Shown in pieces: positions 41,063 to 50,168 of a DNA stretch of 64,000 nt; position 1 is the first letter of the stretch, and each line of letters opens with the position of its first letter. Made by a program: the position numbers and the translations under genes. The stretch spans positions 416,001-480,000 of the forward strand of contig CAWETW010000001.1 of assembly GCA_963812155.1 (NCBI GenBank), read 5' to 3'. Source of the stretch: Vulcanimicrobiota bacterium. Lineage in GTDB: Bacteria > Vulcanimicrobiota > Vulcanimicrobiia > Vulcanimicrobiales > Vulcanimicrobiaceae. A model generated the notes under the pieces. It saw only the letters and a list, made by a program, of their open reading frames with translations, had not been told where the DNA came from and made no database searches.

Positions 41063-41803
41063 ATGGCATCGGCTCCCGAAAACATCGATCGCACCCGCTT
41101 TCTCGGCACCGCGGGCCTCGGCTTGGCGGCAATAGTCGCGTCGGGTGGCGGCAACGCCCTCGCGTCCGGTGGTCCCGCGGCAAAGGCCGACACCCCACTC
41201 GAGGCCATCCACCTGCTGCAAGCCGGCAACGACCGTTTCATCAAAGGCCAAACTGTTTGCGAATCGCTCACCGCACGGCGCCTTGAGCTGACCGCCGGTC
41301 AAAAGCCGTTCGCGACGATCCTCAGTTGTTCCGATTCGCGCGTCCCGCTCGAGACACTCTTCGATCAGGAGCCCGGAAATCTGTTCGGGATCCGCGTCGC
41401 AGGCAATTTCGTCACGGACTTCGGCCTGGGAACGATCGAGTACGGTGTCGCGATGCTGGGCACACCGTTGATCGTCGTGATGGGGCACAGCAACTGTGGT
41501 GCCGTCGACGCTGGCATCAAATACGTCGCCAACGGCACGACGCAACCCGGCCACATCATGGATCTCGTCAAGAAAATCGAGCCGGCGGCCAAGGCTACCA
41601 AAGAGCAGCCGGGGAGCTGGCTACACAACGCGATCGTTCAGAACGTCCGCAATAACGTCGAAGCCATCTCCAAAGGCTCGACAATCGTGGCCGATGCCGT
41701 CAAGGCCGGGAAGCTGTTGGTCACCGGCGGCGTCTACGACCTGTATTCGGGGCGCATCAGCCCCCTGATGACGCTCGAGAAGCTTAAGAAACCGTCGCCT
41801 TGA
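41063..41803 (+). CDS. Beta-class carbonic anhydrase with Tat-like signal
   Basis: GNDRF, CSDSRVP, RVAGN, GHSNCGAV; DRTRFLG + hydrophobic signal. Confidence 0.93.
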   Translation: MASAPENIDRTRFLGTAGLGLAAIVASGGGNALASGGPAAKADTPLEAIHLLQAGNDRFIKGQTVCESLTARRLELTAGQKPFATILSCSDSRVPLETLFDQEPGNLFGIRVAGNFVTDFGLGTIEYGVAMLGTPLIVVMGHSNCGAVDAGIKYVANGTTQPGHIMDLVKKIEPAAKATKEQPGSWLHNAIVQNVRNNVEAISKGSTIVADAVKAGKLLVTGGVYDLYSGRISPLMTLEKLKKPSP

Positions 41804-42488
41804 TCCGGTTTGGATCGACCTTCACACCCGGCCCCATCGTGCTCGTGAGCGTGACGCTGCGGAGATAGGTTCCCTTCGCGGCGGACGGCTTCGCGCGAAC
41901 GATCGCGTCGAGCAGCGTCGCGACGTTTTCCGACAGATGCTGTTCGTCGAACGTCGCTTTGCCGACGATCGTGTGAATGATGCCCGTCTTGTCGAGGCGG
42001 AATTCGACCTTGCCGGCTTTGATATCGCGAATGGCGGCAGCGATGTTGGGCGTGACGGTTCCGGCCTTCGGATTGGGCATTTTTTGTGCCAAGATGCGTC
42101 CCAGTTCCTTACCAACTTGCGCCATCATGTCGGGCGTCGCGACCGCGACGTCGAACTCCGTGAAGCCGCCTTTGACGCGATCGATCAAATCCTGATCGCC
42201 GACGATGTCGGCGCCGGCTTCCTGCGCAGATTTGGCGTTGTCGCCCTTCGCGAACGCGATCACGCGAACCGTGCGGCCCGTCCCGTGCGGTAACAGCACG
42301 GTTCCGCGCACGTTCTGATCGCTCTTCTTCGGATCGACCCCGAGACGAATGTGCGCCTCGACCGTTTCGGCAAACTTCGCGTTGGCGTTCTTCTTCACGA
42401 GCGCGATCGCTTCGGGCGGCGTGAAGAGTTGGCGCCGGTCGTACTCGGCGGTCAGTTTCTTAAAGCGCTTTCCGTGATGTTGCGGCAT
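41784..42488 (-). CDS. rplA: 50S ribosomal protein L1
   Basis: KFAETVE, DQNVRGTVLLPHGTG, MPNPKAGTV, STMGPG. Confidence 0.99.
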   Translation of the reverse strand: MPQHHGKRFKKLTAEYDRRQLFTPPEAIALVKKNANAKFAETVEAHIRLGVDPKKSDQNVRGTVLLPHGTGRTVRVIAFAKGDNAKSAQEAGADIVGDQDLIDRVKGGFTEFDVAVATPDMMAQVGKELGRILAQKMPNPKAGTVTPNIAAAIRDIKAGKVEFRLDKTGIIHTIVGKATFDEQHLSENVATLLDAIVRAKPSAAKGTYLRSVTLTSTMGPGVKVDPNRIKATVS

Positions 42489-42913
42489 TATGCTTCTACC
42501 TCGACGCCCATCGAACGCGCCGTTCCTGCGACGATCTTCTTAGCGGCATCCATGTCGTTCGCATTGATGTCGGGCATTTTCACCTTGGCGATCGATTCGA
42601 GCTGCGATTGCGTCAGTTTGCCAACCTTGTTGCGATTGGGTTCCTTACTGCCCGATTCGATCTTCAGCGCCTGTTTGATGAGGAATGAAGCCGGCGGCGT
42701 CTTCGTGATGAACGTGAACGTACGGTCTTCGAAGACCGTAATCTCGACCGGAATGATCATGCCCGCCTGCGATGCCGTACGCTCGTTGTACTGCTTGCAG
42801 AAGTCCATGATGTTGAGCGAATAGGGTCCGAGCGCCGGCCCGATCGGGGGCGCGGGAGTCGCTTTTCCGGCGGGAATTTGCAGGCCGATTTTGCCGACGA
42901 TTTTTTTAGCCAC
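42488..42913 (-). CDS. rplK: 50S ribosomal protein L11
   Basis: [32 protein letters not shown]. Confidence 0.99.
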   Translation of the reverse strand: MAKKIVGKIGLQIPAGKATPAPPIGPALGPYSLNIMDFCKQYNERTASQAGMIIPVEITVFEDRTFTFITKTPPASFLIKQALKIESGSKEPNRNKVGKLTQSQLESIAKVKMPDINANDMDAAKKIVAGTARSMGVEVEA

Positions 42914-42997
42914 GATACTCTCCTTAACGATGCATCGTTACGCGATGCTTCTGCCCCTCGTAAGACCTCACGCACCGGGGTCGCTTGCGTGAGAATG

Positions 42998-43037
42998 CTT
43001 CGACCGCGCGCCCTACGGGCGCTCCGCTGCGAATGAC
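42998..43037. repeat. Degenerate REP-like element
   Basis: cttcgacc-gcgcgccc tac gggcgc-tccgctgcgaatgac resembles copies at 10510 and 36118. Confidence 0.45.
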
Positions 43038-43041
43038 GCGG

Positions 43042-43905
43042 TTAGACTTTTTCCACCTGGAAGAATTCGAGTTCGACCGGCGTTTCGCGTCCGAAGATCG
43101 AAATGAGCGCCCGCAGGCGTTCCTTCTCCGGTGCGATCTCGTCGACGATGCCGGTGAAATCGAAGAACGGGCCCGACGTCACCTTCACGCGATCGCCCTT
43201 CTTGAAATCGATCTTCAACTTGGGCGCCTCGATGCCCATCTGTTTGAGAATCGTCTTGACTTCTTTTTCTTGCAGCGGCACGGGCTTCTCTCCCGGTCCG
43301 GGGCTGCCGACGAAGCCGGTGACGCCTTGCGTATTGCGCACGACGTACCACGACTGATCGTCCATGATCATCTCGACGAGGACGTAACCGGGAAAAACTT
43401 TCTTGGGCGTGATCTTGCGCTTACCGTCTTTGAACTCGACCTCGTCTTCCATGGGCACGAGCACGCGGAAGATCTTGTCCTGCATTCCCATCGAGTGAAT
43501 GCGGCGCTCGAGATTCGCCTTCACCTTGTTCTCGTAACCCGAGTAGGTATGAACGACGAACCAGTTGCGGTTGTCTTTGCGCGGCGCGGTTTCGACCGCC
43601 TCGAGCGTTTCTTCGGCCGCACCGAAGCCTTCGTTCGCGACCGCAGATTCCACTTCGGAGGCTTGGTTCTCGAGGTCTTCGGTTTCGCGCACGACCGTTT
43701 CGAGCGCATCCTCTTCGGGTGCAGCTATTTCGGGCGCTGCGGCGTGGGGCGCTTCCGTCCCGGGCGTTTCCGTGTCGGGCGCTTCCGTTTCCGGCGTATC
43801 TGCGCCGGCGTAAGGCGCTTCAACGCCGGTTTCGTGCGCGGGCGTCTCCGGCGCGGTGGATTCGGGCGGCAACTGGCCGCCGATTCCCGACATCGTTTCG
43901 TGCAT
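43042..43905 (-). CDS. nusG: Transcription factor NusG with long acidic N-terminal extension
   Basis: WFVVHTYSGYENKVK, FPGYVLVEM, VTGFVG, GPFFDFTG, IFGRETPVEL. Confidence 0.97.
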   Translation of the reverse strand: MHETMSGIGGQLPPESTAPETPAHETGVEAPYAGADTPETEAPDTETPGTEAPHAAAPEIAAPEEDALETVVRETEDLENQASEVESAVANEGFGAAEETLEAVETAPRKDNRNWFVVHTYSGYENKVKANLERRIHSMGMQDKIFRVLVPMEDEVEFKDGKRKITPKKVFPGYVLVEMIMDDQSWYVVRNTQGVTGFVGSPGPGEKPVPLQEKEVKTILKQMGIEAPKLKIDFKKGDRVKVTSGPFFDFTGIVDEIAPEKERLRALISIFGRETPVELEFFQVEKV

Positions 43906-43907
43906 GA

Positions 43908-44129
43908 TTATCCGGTGACCGGATGGATCAAACTGAAGAGCCATCCGAAAAGTTGATCGAGAACGAACGTGAACAAGCCGACTCCAACGACCAGGACGAT
44001 CGTTAAAATCGTGGCCGACATCCACTCCTCGCGCGTGGGCCACGTGACGCGCCGCATTTCGGCGATCACGCCTCGGACGAAGTCCTGGCCGACGACTCGC
44101 TGGGCGGTTTTCTTTTGCTCGTTCACCAA
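43908..44129 (-). CDS. secE: Preprotein translocase SecE
   Basis: EMRRVTWPTREE plus one TM helix; between tRNA-Trp and nusG. Confidence 0.95.
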   Translation of the reverse strand: MVNEQKKTAQRVVGQDFVRGVIAEMRRVTWPTREEWMSATILTIVLVVGVGLFTFVLDQLFGWLFSLIHPVTG

Positions 44130-44148
44130 AGATTCTCTCTAGGGAAAT

Positions 44149-44224
44149 TGGCAGGGCGGACAGGACTCGAACCTGCAACCAACGGTTTTGGAGACCGTTG
44201 CGCTACCAATTGCGCCACCGCCCT
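44149..44224 (-). tRNA. tRNA-Trp (CCA)
   Basis: AGGGCGG...ACGGT CTCCAAA ACCGT...GGTTCGAGTCC...CCGCCCT GCCA; complete cloverleaf. Confidence 0.97.
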
Positions 44225-44228
44225 ATAC

Positions 44229-44393
44229 CTACTTGGTTTCGCGGTGGGACCGGTGACAGCGGCACCAACGGCAGTACTTGCTGCGCTCCAGCCGCTCGGT
44301 CGTCTTCTGCTTATTTTTCTGCGTATTATAGTTCCGGCGTTTGCACTCGGTGCACGCCATCACGATCATTACGCGCGTTTCTTTCTTTGCCAT
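44229..44393 (-). CDS. rpmG: 50S ribosomal protein L33 (Zn-binding form)
   Basis: [16 protein letters not shown]...[16 protein letters not shown]. Confidence 0.97.
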   Translation of the reverse strand: MAKKETRVMIVMACTECKRRNYNTQKNKQKTTERLERSKYCRWCRCHRSHRETK

Positions 44394-44537
44394 TAGCCTA
44401 TCACGACATGAAGAAAACGGACCCGGGGTCCGTTCGAACTCCCATGCTAGCATACCGCAGCGGCACTCGCAAGGCTACGGCCCCCAGCGTTCTTTTTGGC
44501 CGGGAAGCGACCTTACGACCGCCTGCTGTTTTAACCC

Positions 44538-44612
44538 TGCGCCCGGCCAGAATCGAACTGGCAACCTTGGGCTTAGGAGTCCCCTGCTCTATCCAGTTTG
44601 AGCTACGGGCGC
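44538..44612 (-). tRNA. tRNA-Arg (CCT) with two mismatches in anticodon stem, no encoded CCA
   Basis: GCGCCCG TA GCTC AAACTGGATA GAGC A GGGGA CTCCTAA GCCCA AGGTT GCCAG TTCGATT CTGGC CGGGCGC A. Confidence 0.85.
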
Positions 44613-44734
44613 GCAGTGGATTCGCCTTATTTCATGCGGGTTTGCGCCGCATCGACCTCGTGAACGATCGCCCTCGAAACGCCCGCGGTTGCCAAACGGT
44701 TGCCGTGCGCTGCCAGGCATCTCTCGCCGAAGCA

Positions 44735-44900
44735 TCAATTCTGACCGGTCGCACGGCGCGCCTCTGCTGCTGCGATCGCGTTGTCGATACCGGCGACCGC
44801 CCGCTGCCCGCGACGACGTGCCCGTAGACGTTCAAGGTTGTCGAGGCCGAGGAGTGCCCGAGCAACGCGGCGACCGTCCGAACGTCGATTCCGCCTCCTT
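44735..44900 (-). pseudogene. Tyrosine integrase C-terminal remnant
   Basis: GIDVRTVAALLGHSSASTTLNVYGH (box II, catalytic Tyr), then frameshifted QRAVAGIDNAIAAAEARRATGQN*; N-terminal part absent. Confidence 0.8.
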
Positions 44901-44939
44901 GCGCACTCTTACGGCGATAGACGCTTCCCTGACCTAGCA

Positions 44940-44985
44940 CAAAAGAGGAGCCGCCCGTAATATTTGCGAGCGGCTCGATTTTTTT
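44940..44985. terminator. Bidirectional rho-independent terminator
   Basis: aaaa-gagccgc...gcggctc-ttttttt. Confidence 0.6.
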
Positions 44986-45028
44986 GCGACGCGAGCGATG
45001 AGAGCTTATTTGGTGCTAGTGCCAACCG

Positions 45029-46268
45029 TCACGGCGAAAGCGAGTAGACGGTGCCGATGCCGCCGCTTGAACCACCTGTACCACCAAGTTCGGTCGTGCC
45101 ATAGAGCGTGCCGTTCACGTTGGTGAGGCCGCCAGCCGGGTTCGCGCCGTCGGGGGAGCCGGCGAAGCTATAGAGCACGGTTTCCGTCCCCGAGGTCGTC
45201 ACGCTAAAGACCGCGCCGCTCCCGCTTGCCCCACCGTAATAGGTCGTGCCGTACAACGTATTCCCAACGTTGGTTAGGCCGGCGACCGGAGTTTCGCCAT
45301 CGGGGCTGTTCCCGAAGCTGTAAAGCAGGCTATACGCGCCGGAGGATGCTTTGATGCTGAAGACTGTGCCGAAACCATTTGCACCACCGGACGAGGTCGT
45401 TCCGTAGAGCCTACCGTTCACGTTGTTAAGGCTTCCGTACACTGGGGTCGCACCGTCGGTCGGTCCATCGGCAAAGCTGTGGAGTTGCCTATACATGCCG
45501 GAGGTTGTAATACTAAAGACCGTACCGCATCCCGAACTACCGCACCCTGCACCACCTGATTCGAGTCGTGCCGTACAGCGTGCCGTTTACATTGGTCAGG
45601 CCCGAAGACGGGCCGGCGCCGTCAGTCCCGCCGGCGAAGCTGTAGAGCACGGTTTCCGTGCCTTTCTTGGTGATCTTAAAGACGGTACCGGCTCCGTTCG
45701 CGCCACCTTGGGTGCTCGTGCCATAAAGCGTGCCGCCCACGTTGGTTAGGCCGGAATATGGGACTGCAGCGTCGCTTCCGCCGGCGAAGCTGTAGAGCAC
45801 CCTCGCCGCGCCGGACCCTGTGATCTTATAAACCGTCCCTTCGTTGTGTGTCCCACCTCTGGTAGTTGTGCCGAACAGCGTGACGTTCACGCTGGTCAGG
45901 CCCGCAAATGGGACCTTGGGTTGACCGCTGCCGCCAAAGGTGTGGAGCAGGCTGTACGTTCCGGAGGGCGTGATTGAAAAGACCGTGCCGGTGCCCGAGC
46001 CGCCGAATCTGGTCGTGCCATAGAGCGTTCCGTTTACGTCGGTCATAGTATCCCCTGGGATCGCGCCGTCGGGGCTGTCCGCGAAGCTATACAGCACGGT
46101 TTCCGTCCAGAGTGGACGCGCGTGCCGATTAGGCAGCGCAGGTCGCGATTGCAGCGAGGGCGTGAGCGACCCGGCGCCCGGAGCGAGATTCGATTGAGGC
46201 GTGCCGGAACAGCCCGCAAGAATAATGACCGTAAAGGCGACAACTGCGGCGCCTATTCGTGAGTGCAT
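45029..46268 (-). pseudogene. GloVer-type tandem-repeat lipoprotein, 1-bp frameshift near 45563
   Basis: LAGC lipobox; about 7 repeats ETVLYSFAGxxDGAxPxxGLTNVNGTLYGTTxxGGxxxGTVF; ORFs 45537..46469 and 45029..45496 join if one base is removed (GGC ACG ACT [C] GAA TCA). Confidence 0.8.
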
Positions 46269-46626
46269 GTTTCGTCCGTTTAAGCACAACGACGCCGGGC
46301 CGCTTAAGGGTCCAATTGGGGAAACACGGTACGCTAACGATTTCATGAGATTTCCCTTCGGGGCTGAAGACCCGAGACGCACACGGCCGCAGCGTCCCCC
46401 GCTCATGTATCGATGATGCGGTTTCTGCATGATATCCGGAACGGACACTTGGACAACTGACTTGGACAAGTGGTGCTCTCGCCCGAGCCGACCGAGGCCG
46501 AGCCAGACTAGACTCGTTTACGCCAGCAGGCTCCTCGAACACGCATGCCTCGGTGCAGAAGCTCCCTTTTGAACATCAGGGTTCATCCGCTAACTCTCAA
46601 CTGATGAGACCCCTAAGAAGGTCCCA

Positions 46627-46929
46627 ATGCGCGGGACGCGCGTCCCGGCACGACGGTTAACTTCAACAGAGTTTCAACGCGTTCGCGAGTTCGATGGCGT
46701 TACCGCGACCGACTCGGCCGGCAATGCGTATACCTTTAAAGGCGTTGGCAACGCCCAAGTCGAGGTACCCAACGGCGGTACGCTGCACGGCGCAGGCGTC
46801 GGCAACATGACGATCGTGGGCAGTGGGCCGGACGCAGGCGTTAGCGTGCACTTCAACGCCGACATCAGCGTTGACGGTGGCGGTAATCTCTCCCTAACGT
46901 TCAATAAGCTCGACATCAACTGCCACTAA
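46627..46929 (+). CDS. Hypothetical protein, probably a 5'-truncated gene fragment
   Basis: C-terminal 80 aa look protein-like (beta-rich) and are followed by a terminator; N-terminus does not. Confidence 0.4.
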   Translation: MRGTRVPARRLTSTEFQRVREFDGVTATDSAGNAYTFKGVGNAQVEVPNGGTLHGAGVGNMTIVGSGPDAGVSVHFNADISVDGGGNLSLTFNKLDINCH

Positions 46930-46948
46930 GACACGGGTAGATTCACTG

Positions 46949-46983
46949 AAGGAGGTGCCGAATTCGTTCGGCGCCTCCTTTTT
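46949..46983 (+). terminator. Rho-independent terminator
   Basis: aaggaggtgccgaa/ttcggcgcctcctt + ttt. Confidence 0.85.
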
Positions 46984-47110
46984 GCAACTAGCGGCTTGCG
47001 TCGCACACCGAATCAATCGGGGACGACCGCTTGGCTGCCCGCGGAAAAACCTCTACAATGACGGGACGGCCTGGTGAGGGCCGCTGGAGCATATCGCAGG
47101 AGGTTTACCC

Positions 47111-48148
47111 GTGAAACTTCTCTCCATTGTATTCGCACTAGCCGTGCCGGTCGTTGCCGGCTGTAGCGGGCAGGCGTTGAAGCAGCCGTCGCTTCCCGCG
47201 TTGCCGGTGCCGTCCATCGGCGCCGATGCCGCAGCGAAAATCGGGGCGAACGCAACGTCCCAGAATGTCTACTGGACGCTTTTCTACGCACGCCCGAATC
47301 CGCAGGTAGAGATTGCGAAGTTGCCCTTGAAAGCGACTTCGCAGGTTACGCGGATCGACGGGAATGGCGACAATCAATTCGTTTGCGCGAACGCTATCCG
47401 TTCGGTTGGATCGAAGCTGTGGGTGATGAACCTGTCGCCGTGCCATGCGTCCGACTCGAGCATCGTTCAGGTGTACTCGCTGCCCCTGACGACGCACAGC
47501 AAGCCGACCTTGACGTTCGTCCTCTCCGGCCCCGTCGACGGGGATCACATGACCTTCGACGCGTCGGGAAACCTGTGGGTCTCATCAGAAGGGAACAACA
47601 CCGTATACGAGTACACGGGACCCTTTACGTCGAGCGGTACGTTACAACCGGCAAAAAGGATCACCCTGGGACTCAAAACGCCGCAAGGCTTAGGTTTCGA
47701 TTCCAAAGGACGTCTGTTTGTCGCGAACACGGGAACGACTTCCGGCAAGAACGCGATCGCCATCTTCAAGCCACCGATTTCGAATAGTAACCCGCAGTTT
47801 TTGAAGGGCGTCATCGCGCCGAGCGGACTCATATTCGACCGCGACGGCAACCTCTACGTGTCGTCCAATGGAACGCCTGGTGGGATCGCGCAATACGCGA
47901 GCAATCATCTCACGGCGGGAGACTCCCCCTCCATTGTCGACTCGAAGGGCATCGCGCCCGGTGAGTTCGGAGCGGATCTGAATTTCGATAACGCCGGGAA
48001 TCTCTACGACGCCGATTGCGGCGACAAACCGGGCATTTATTCGTATCCGACGGCGACGAAACCGTTTAGTTCGACGCTGGCTCCCTCGTTCTATACGAAC
48101 AAGAGTATTAAATCAGTAGGCTGCGTCTGGGGAATCAGCATTCACTAA
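47111..48148 (+). CDS. NHL-repeat-like beta-propeller lipoprotein
   Basis: VAGC lipobox; repeats FDASGNLWVS, FDSKGRLFVA, FDRDGNLYVS, FDNAGNLYDA; GGAGG RBS. Confidence 0.8.
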   Translation: MKLLSIVFALAVPVVAGCSGQALKQPSLPALPVPSIGADAAAKIGANATSQNVYWTLFYARPNPQVEIAKLPLKATSQVTRIDGNGDNQFVCANAIRSVGSKLWVMNLSPCHASDSSIVQVYSLPLTTHSKPTLTFVLSGPVDGDHMTFDASGNLWVSSEGNNTVYEYTGPFTSSGTLQPAKRITLGLKTPQGLGFDSKGRLFVANTGTTSGKNAIAIFKPPISNSNPQFLKGVIAPSGLIFDRDGNLYVSSNGTPGGIAQYASNHLTAGDSPSIVDSKGIAPGEFGADLNFDNAGNLYDADCGDKPGIYSYPTATKPFSSTLAPSFYTNKSIKSVGCVWGISIH

Positions 48149-48220
48149 GAACACGGCGGCCATTGCTCCCGCCGCCGAGCCCAAGAGGATCTCGGGTTGT
48201 AAATCGTCGTGAGGAAAGGA

Positions 48221-48841
48221 ATGTTGAGCCCCATGAAGACCGAGAAAATCGCTCTTTTCGATCTCGATGGCAGTCTGGCCGACTTTGACGGTGCCATGCG
48301 GCGGGATTTACGACGAATGCGTTTCCCTGGTGAACCCGAGATCGCCGACGACACCAACTTACACGATCTCGAAGATCGGTTCGCGTATATAAAAGCGCGA
48401 ATGGATTTCATCAAATCGAAGCGTGGCTGGTGGCGCCAGCTCCCCCGCATCGATTCCGGGTTTGACATCGTGAGCAAGGCTCAAAGCATCGGCTACCATA
48501 TAGATATCCTCACGAAAGCCCCTCGTAAGCAGCCTCAAGCCTGGATGGAGAAGGTCGAATGGTGCGAGGTGCAGCCGGAACTAGCTCACGCCGACATTCA
48601 CCTCGCAATGAACAAAGGACTCGTCTACGGCAAGTTGTTGTTCGACGACTATCCGGACTTCATGACCCAATGGCTGCGCCACCGGCCACGCGGGCTCGGT
48701 ATTATGCCGGTGACGCCGTACAACGCCGATTATAGGCATCCGAACGTCGTGAAATTCGACGGCACCAATGTAGGAGCCGTCGTTTCTGCAATGCAGATCG
48801 CGTACGACCGTGACGAAAAAGAGCCGCTGCTCTTGTCGTAA
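48221..48841 (+). CDS. HAD-family 5'(3')-deoxyribonucleotidase-like protein (NT5C type)
   Basis: FDLDGSLADF, ILTK.P, AWMEKVEW, NKGLVYGKLLFDDYP, PYN. Confidence 0.75.
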   Translation: MLSPMKTEKIALFDLDGSLADFDGAMRRDLRRMRFPGEPEIADDTNLHDLEDRFAYIKARMDFIKSKRGWWRQLPRIDSGFDIVSKAQSIGYHIDILTKAPRKQPQAWMEKVEWCEVQPELAHADIHLAMNKGLVYGKLLFDDYPDFMTQWLRHRPRGLGIMPVTPYNADYRHPNVVKFDGTNVGAVVSAMQIAYDRDEKEPLLLS

Positions 48842-48854
48842 AACGGGAGTGCGT

Positions 48855-49466
48855 CTAACAGTTATACGCGCTGAGAAAGGTTTGGAGATCCGAAATTTGC
48901 CCCGCATAGTAGAACGGGATGCGGCCGTAGCGAATGTCGTAGATCTGAAAAGCGCCGCCGTTTCTTAAAAGCAGCAGCGTGACGCTCCTTTTGGCCTGAG
49001 TGCCGCCAAAGGCGAACGTTATGGGGACGAAAGTGACCTCCCGGATCTGAGTCTCCGCCCCGGAGCGGGGCACGCTCAGATGGCCGACCGCCGGGAAGCC
49101 GACGGCAAACGACGTCGCCGGCGATGCGGCGCCCACGTACGGATCGAAGTTCGACATTTTGTCGATGCTTTGGCCGGGCGTCGTGTTGACGTAGAACTGA
49201 TATTTCTCGCCCTCGCTCTTGAAATACGACCCGCTGAGTTCGTCGTAGAGTTCCGGGTCGAAGAGCGTCTTGACTTGAGCGAAGTGTTTCTCGGGATGGC
49301 CGTGCTGCAAGAGATACCATTCGTAAAACTTCACCACGACGGCGGCCGCCCCCGACGTTTGTGGCGCCGCAGGCGCTTGGGCGGCAACCGCCGGCGCAGC
49401 GACACTCAGCAGAGCGGCGCAAACGAGGCTCGCACGACGCCCCGCCGCAATTGGCGAAAGACGCAT
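48855..49466 (-). CDS. Secreted protein, DUF3828/YbjP-like
   Basis: Signal peptide; VVVKFYEWY, LFDPEL, NFDPY, FQIYDI pattern. Confidence 0.5.
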   Translation of the reverse strand: MRLSPIAAGRRASLVCAALLSVAAPAVAAQAPAAPQTSGAAAVVVKFYEWYLLQHGHPEKHFAQVKTLFDPELYDELSGSYFKSEGEKYQFYVNTTPGQSIDKMSNFDPYVGAASPATSFAVGFPAVGHLSVPRSGAETQIREVTFVPITFAFGGTQAKRSVTLLLLRNGGAFQIYDIRYGRIPFYYAGQISDLQTFLSAYNC

Positions 49467-50053
49467 TAGAAGATCGCCACGGCAATCTGCACGCTCGTGA
49501 CGCGTGTTTTGGGCCATTGCACGGTATGCGCCGTCCACGTCGCCGTCGACCGATCCGTCTGGCCGATGATCCATCCGCTGCGGCGGCACGCGTAGTTCAG
49601 CCGTTCACCGTGGACCGCATCGGTCGCGCCGACCACGAAGACGCACGTGTCGCCGCTCGTGAGGCGCAAGCCCCACGGTTCGCCGCTTGGTTGAAGCATT
49701 TTGGCCGTTGGATCTTCCGCAACTTCGAGCGGGCTCTTTAGTGACAGGAGCACGACGGATTTCGAAAACGGGCTGACGGCGCACGCGACCACGCGCGTCT
49801 TCGACGGTCCGAAGCACGGATCGTATATCCCAATGCAGCGCCACGCATCCGGCCGGTCCGACGCGAGCGAGTGCGTCCAACACGAGCCGGCGACTCGCTG
49901 TGAGATCGTGTAGCCGGCCGCGAGCCTGCCTTCCGTCCAAGGACGAAAGACGACGACCGTCGTTCGCGCGGCGGCCGGCGCCGGCGACGACGCCATCAAT
50001 ACGATCGCAATCGAGCAGGCGAAACCGGCTATCCTGGAGACCACCAGCAGCAC
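49466..50053 (-). CDS. Secreted Cys-rich hypothetical protein
   Basis: Signal peptide; GSCW..S....RPDAWRC..IYDPCF..VAC..SPF..PWGLRL.SG..C....GAT.....RLNYAC. Confidence 0.7.
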   Translation of the reverse strand: MLLVVSRIAGFACSIAIVLMASSPAPAAARTTVVVFRPWTEGRLAAGYTISQRVAGSCWTHSLASDRPDAWRCIGIYDPCFGPSKTRVVACAVSPFSKSVVLLSLKSPLEVAEDPTAKMLQPSGEPWGLRLTSGDTCVFVVGATDAVHGERLNYACRRSGWIIGQTDRSTATWTAHTVQWPKTRVTSVQIAVAIF

Positions 50054-50168
50054 CTCCTCAACGCGTTACGGAGCGGCCACGGCAATCGCTGCCGGCCGCT
50101 GATCTCGGATTCTTCGAACGCACGGTTCGTCCTAGACGGCTCGCGGTTTTGACGGTTAGGATTGGCTG

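Noticed and set aside
42914..42995. Hairpins upstream of rplK as L1-binding leader
   Set aside because: Plausible by position but I could not identify the L1-binding consensus
45029..46100. About 150-bp periodic DNA repeats
   Set aside because: Explained by coding repeats of the GloVer-type protein
46600..46650. Hammerhead-like CTGATGA-GACC...GGTC
   Set aside because: Required GAAA after stem II is absent (ccaa) and stems I/III are not evident
44632..49000. Intact prophage or ICE
   Set aside because: Only an integrase fragment; no structural, replication or conjugation genes and no second att site found
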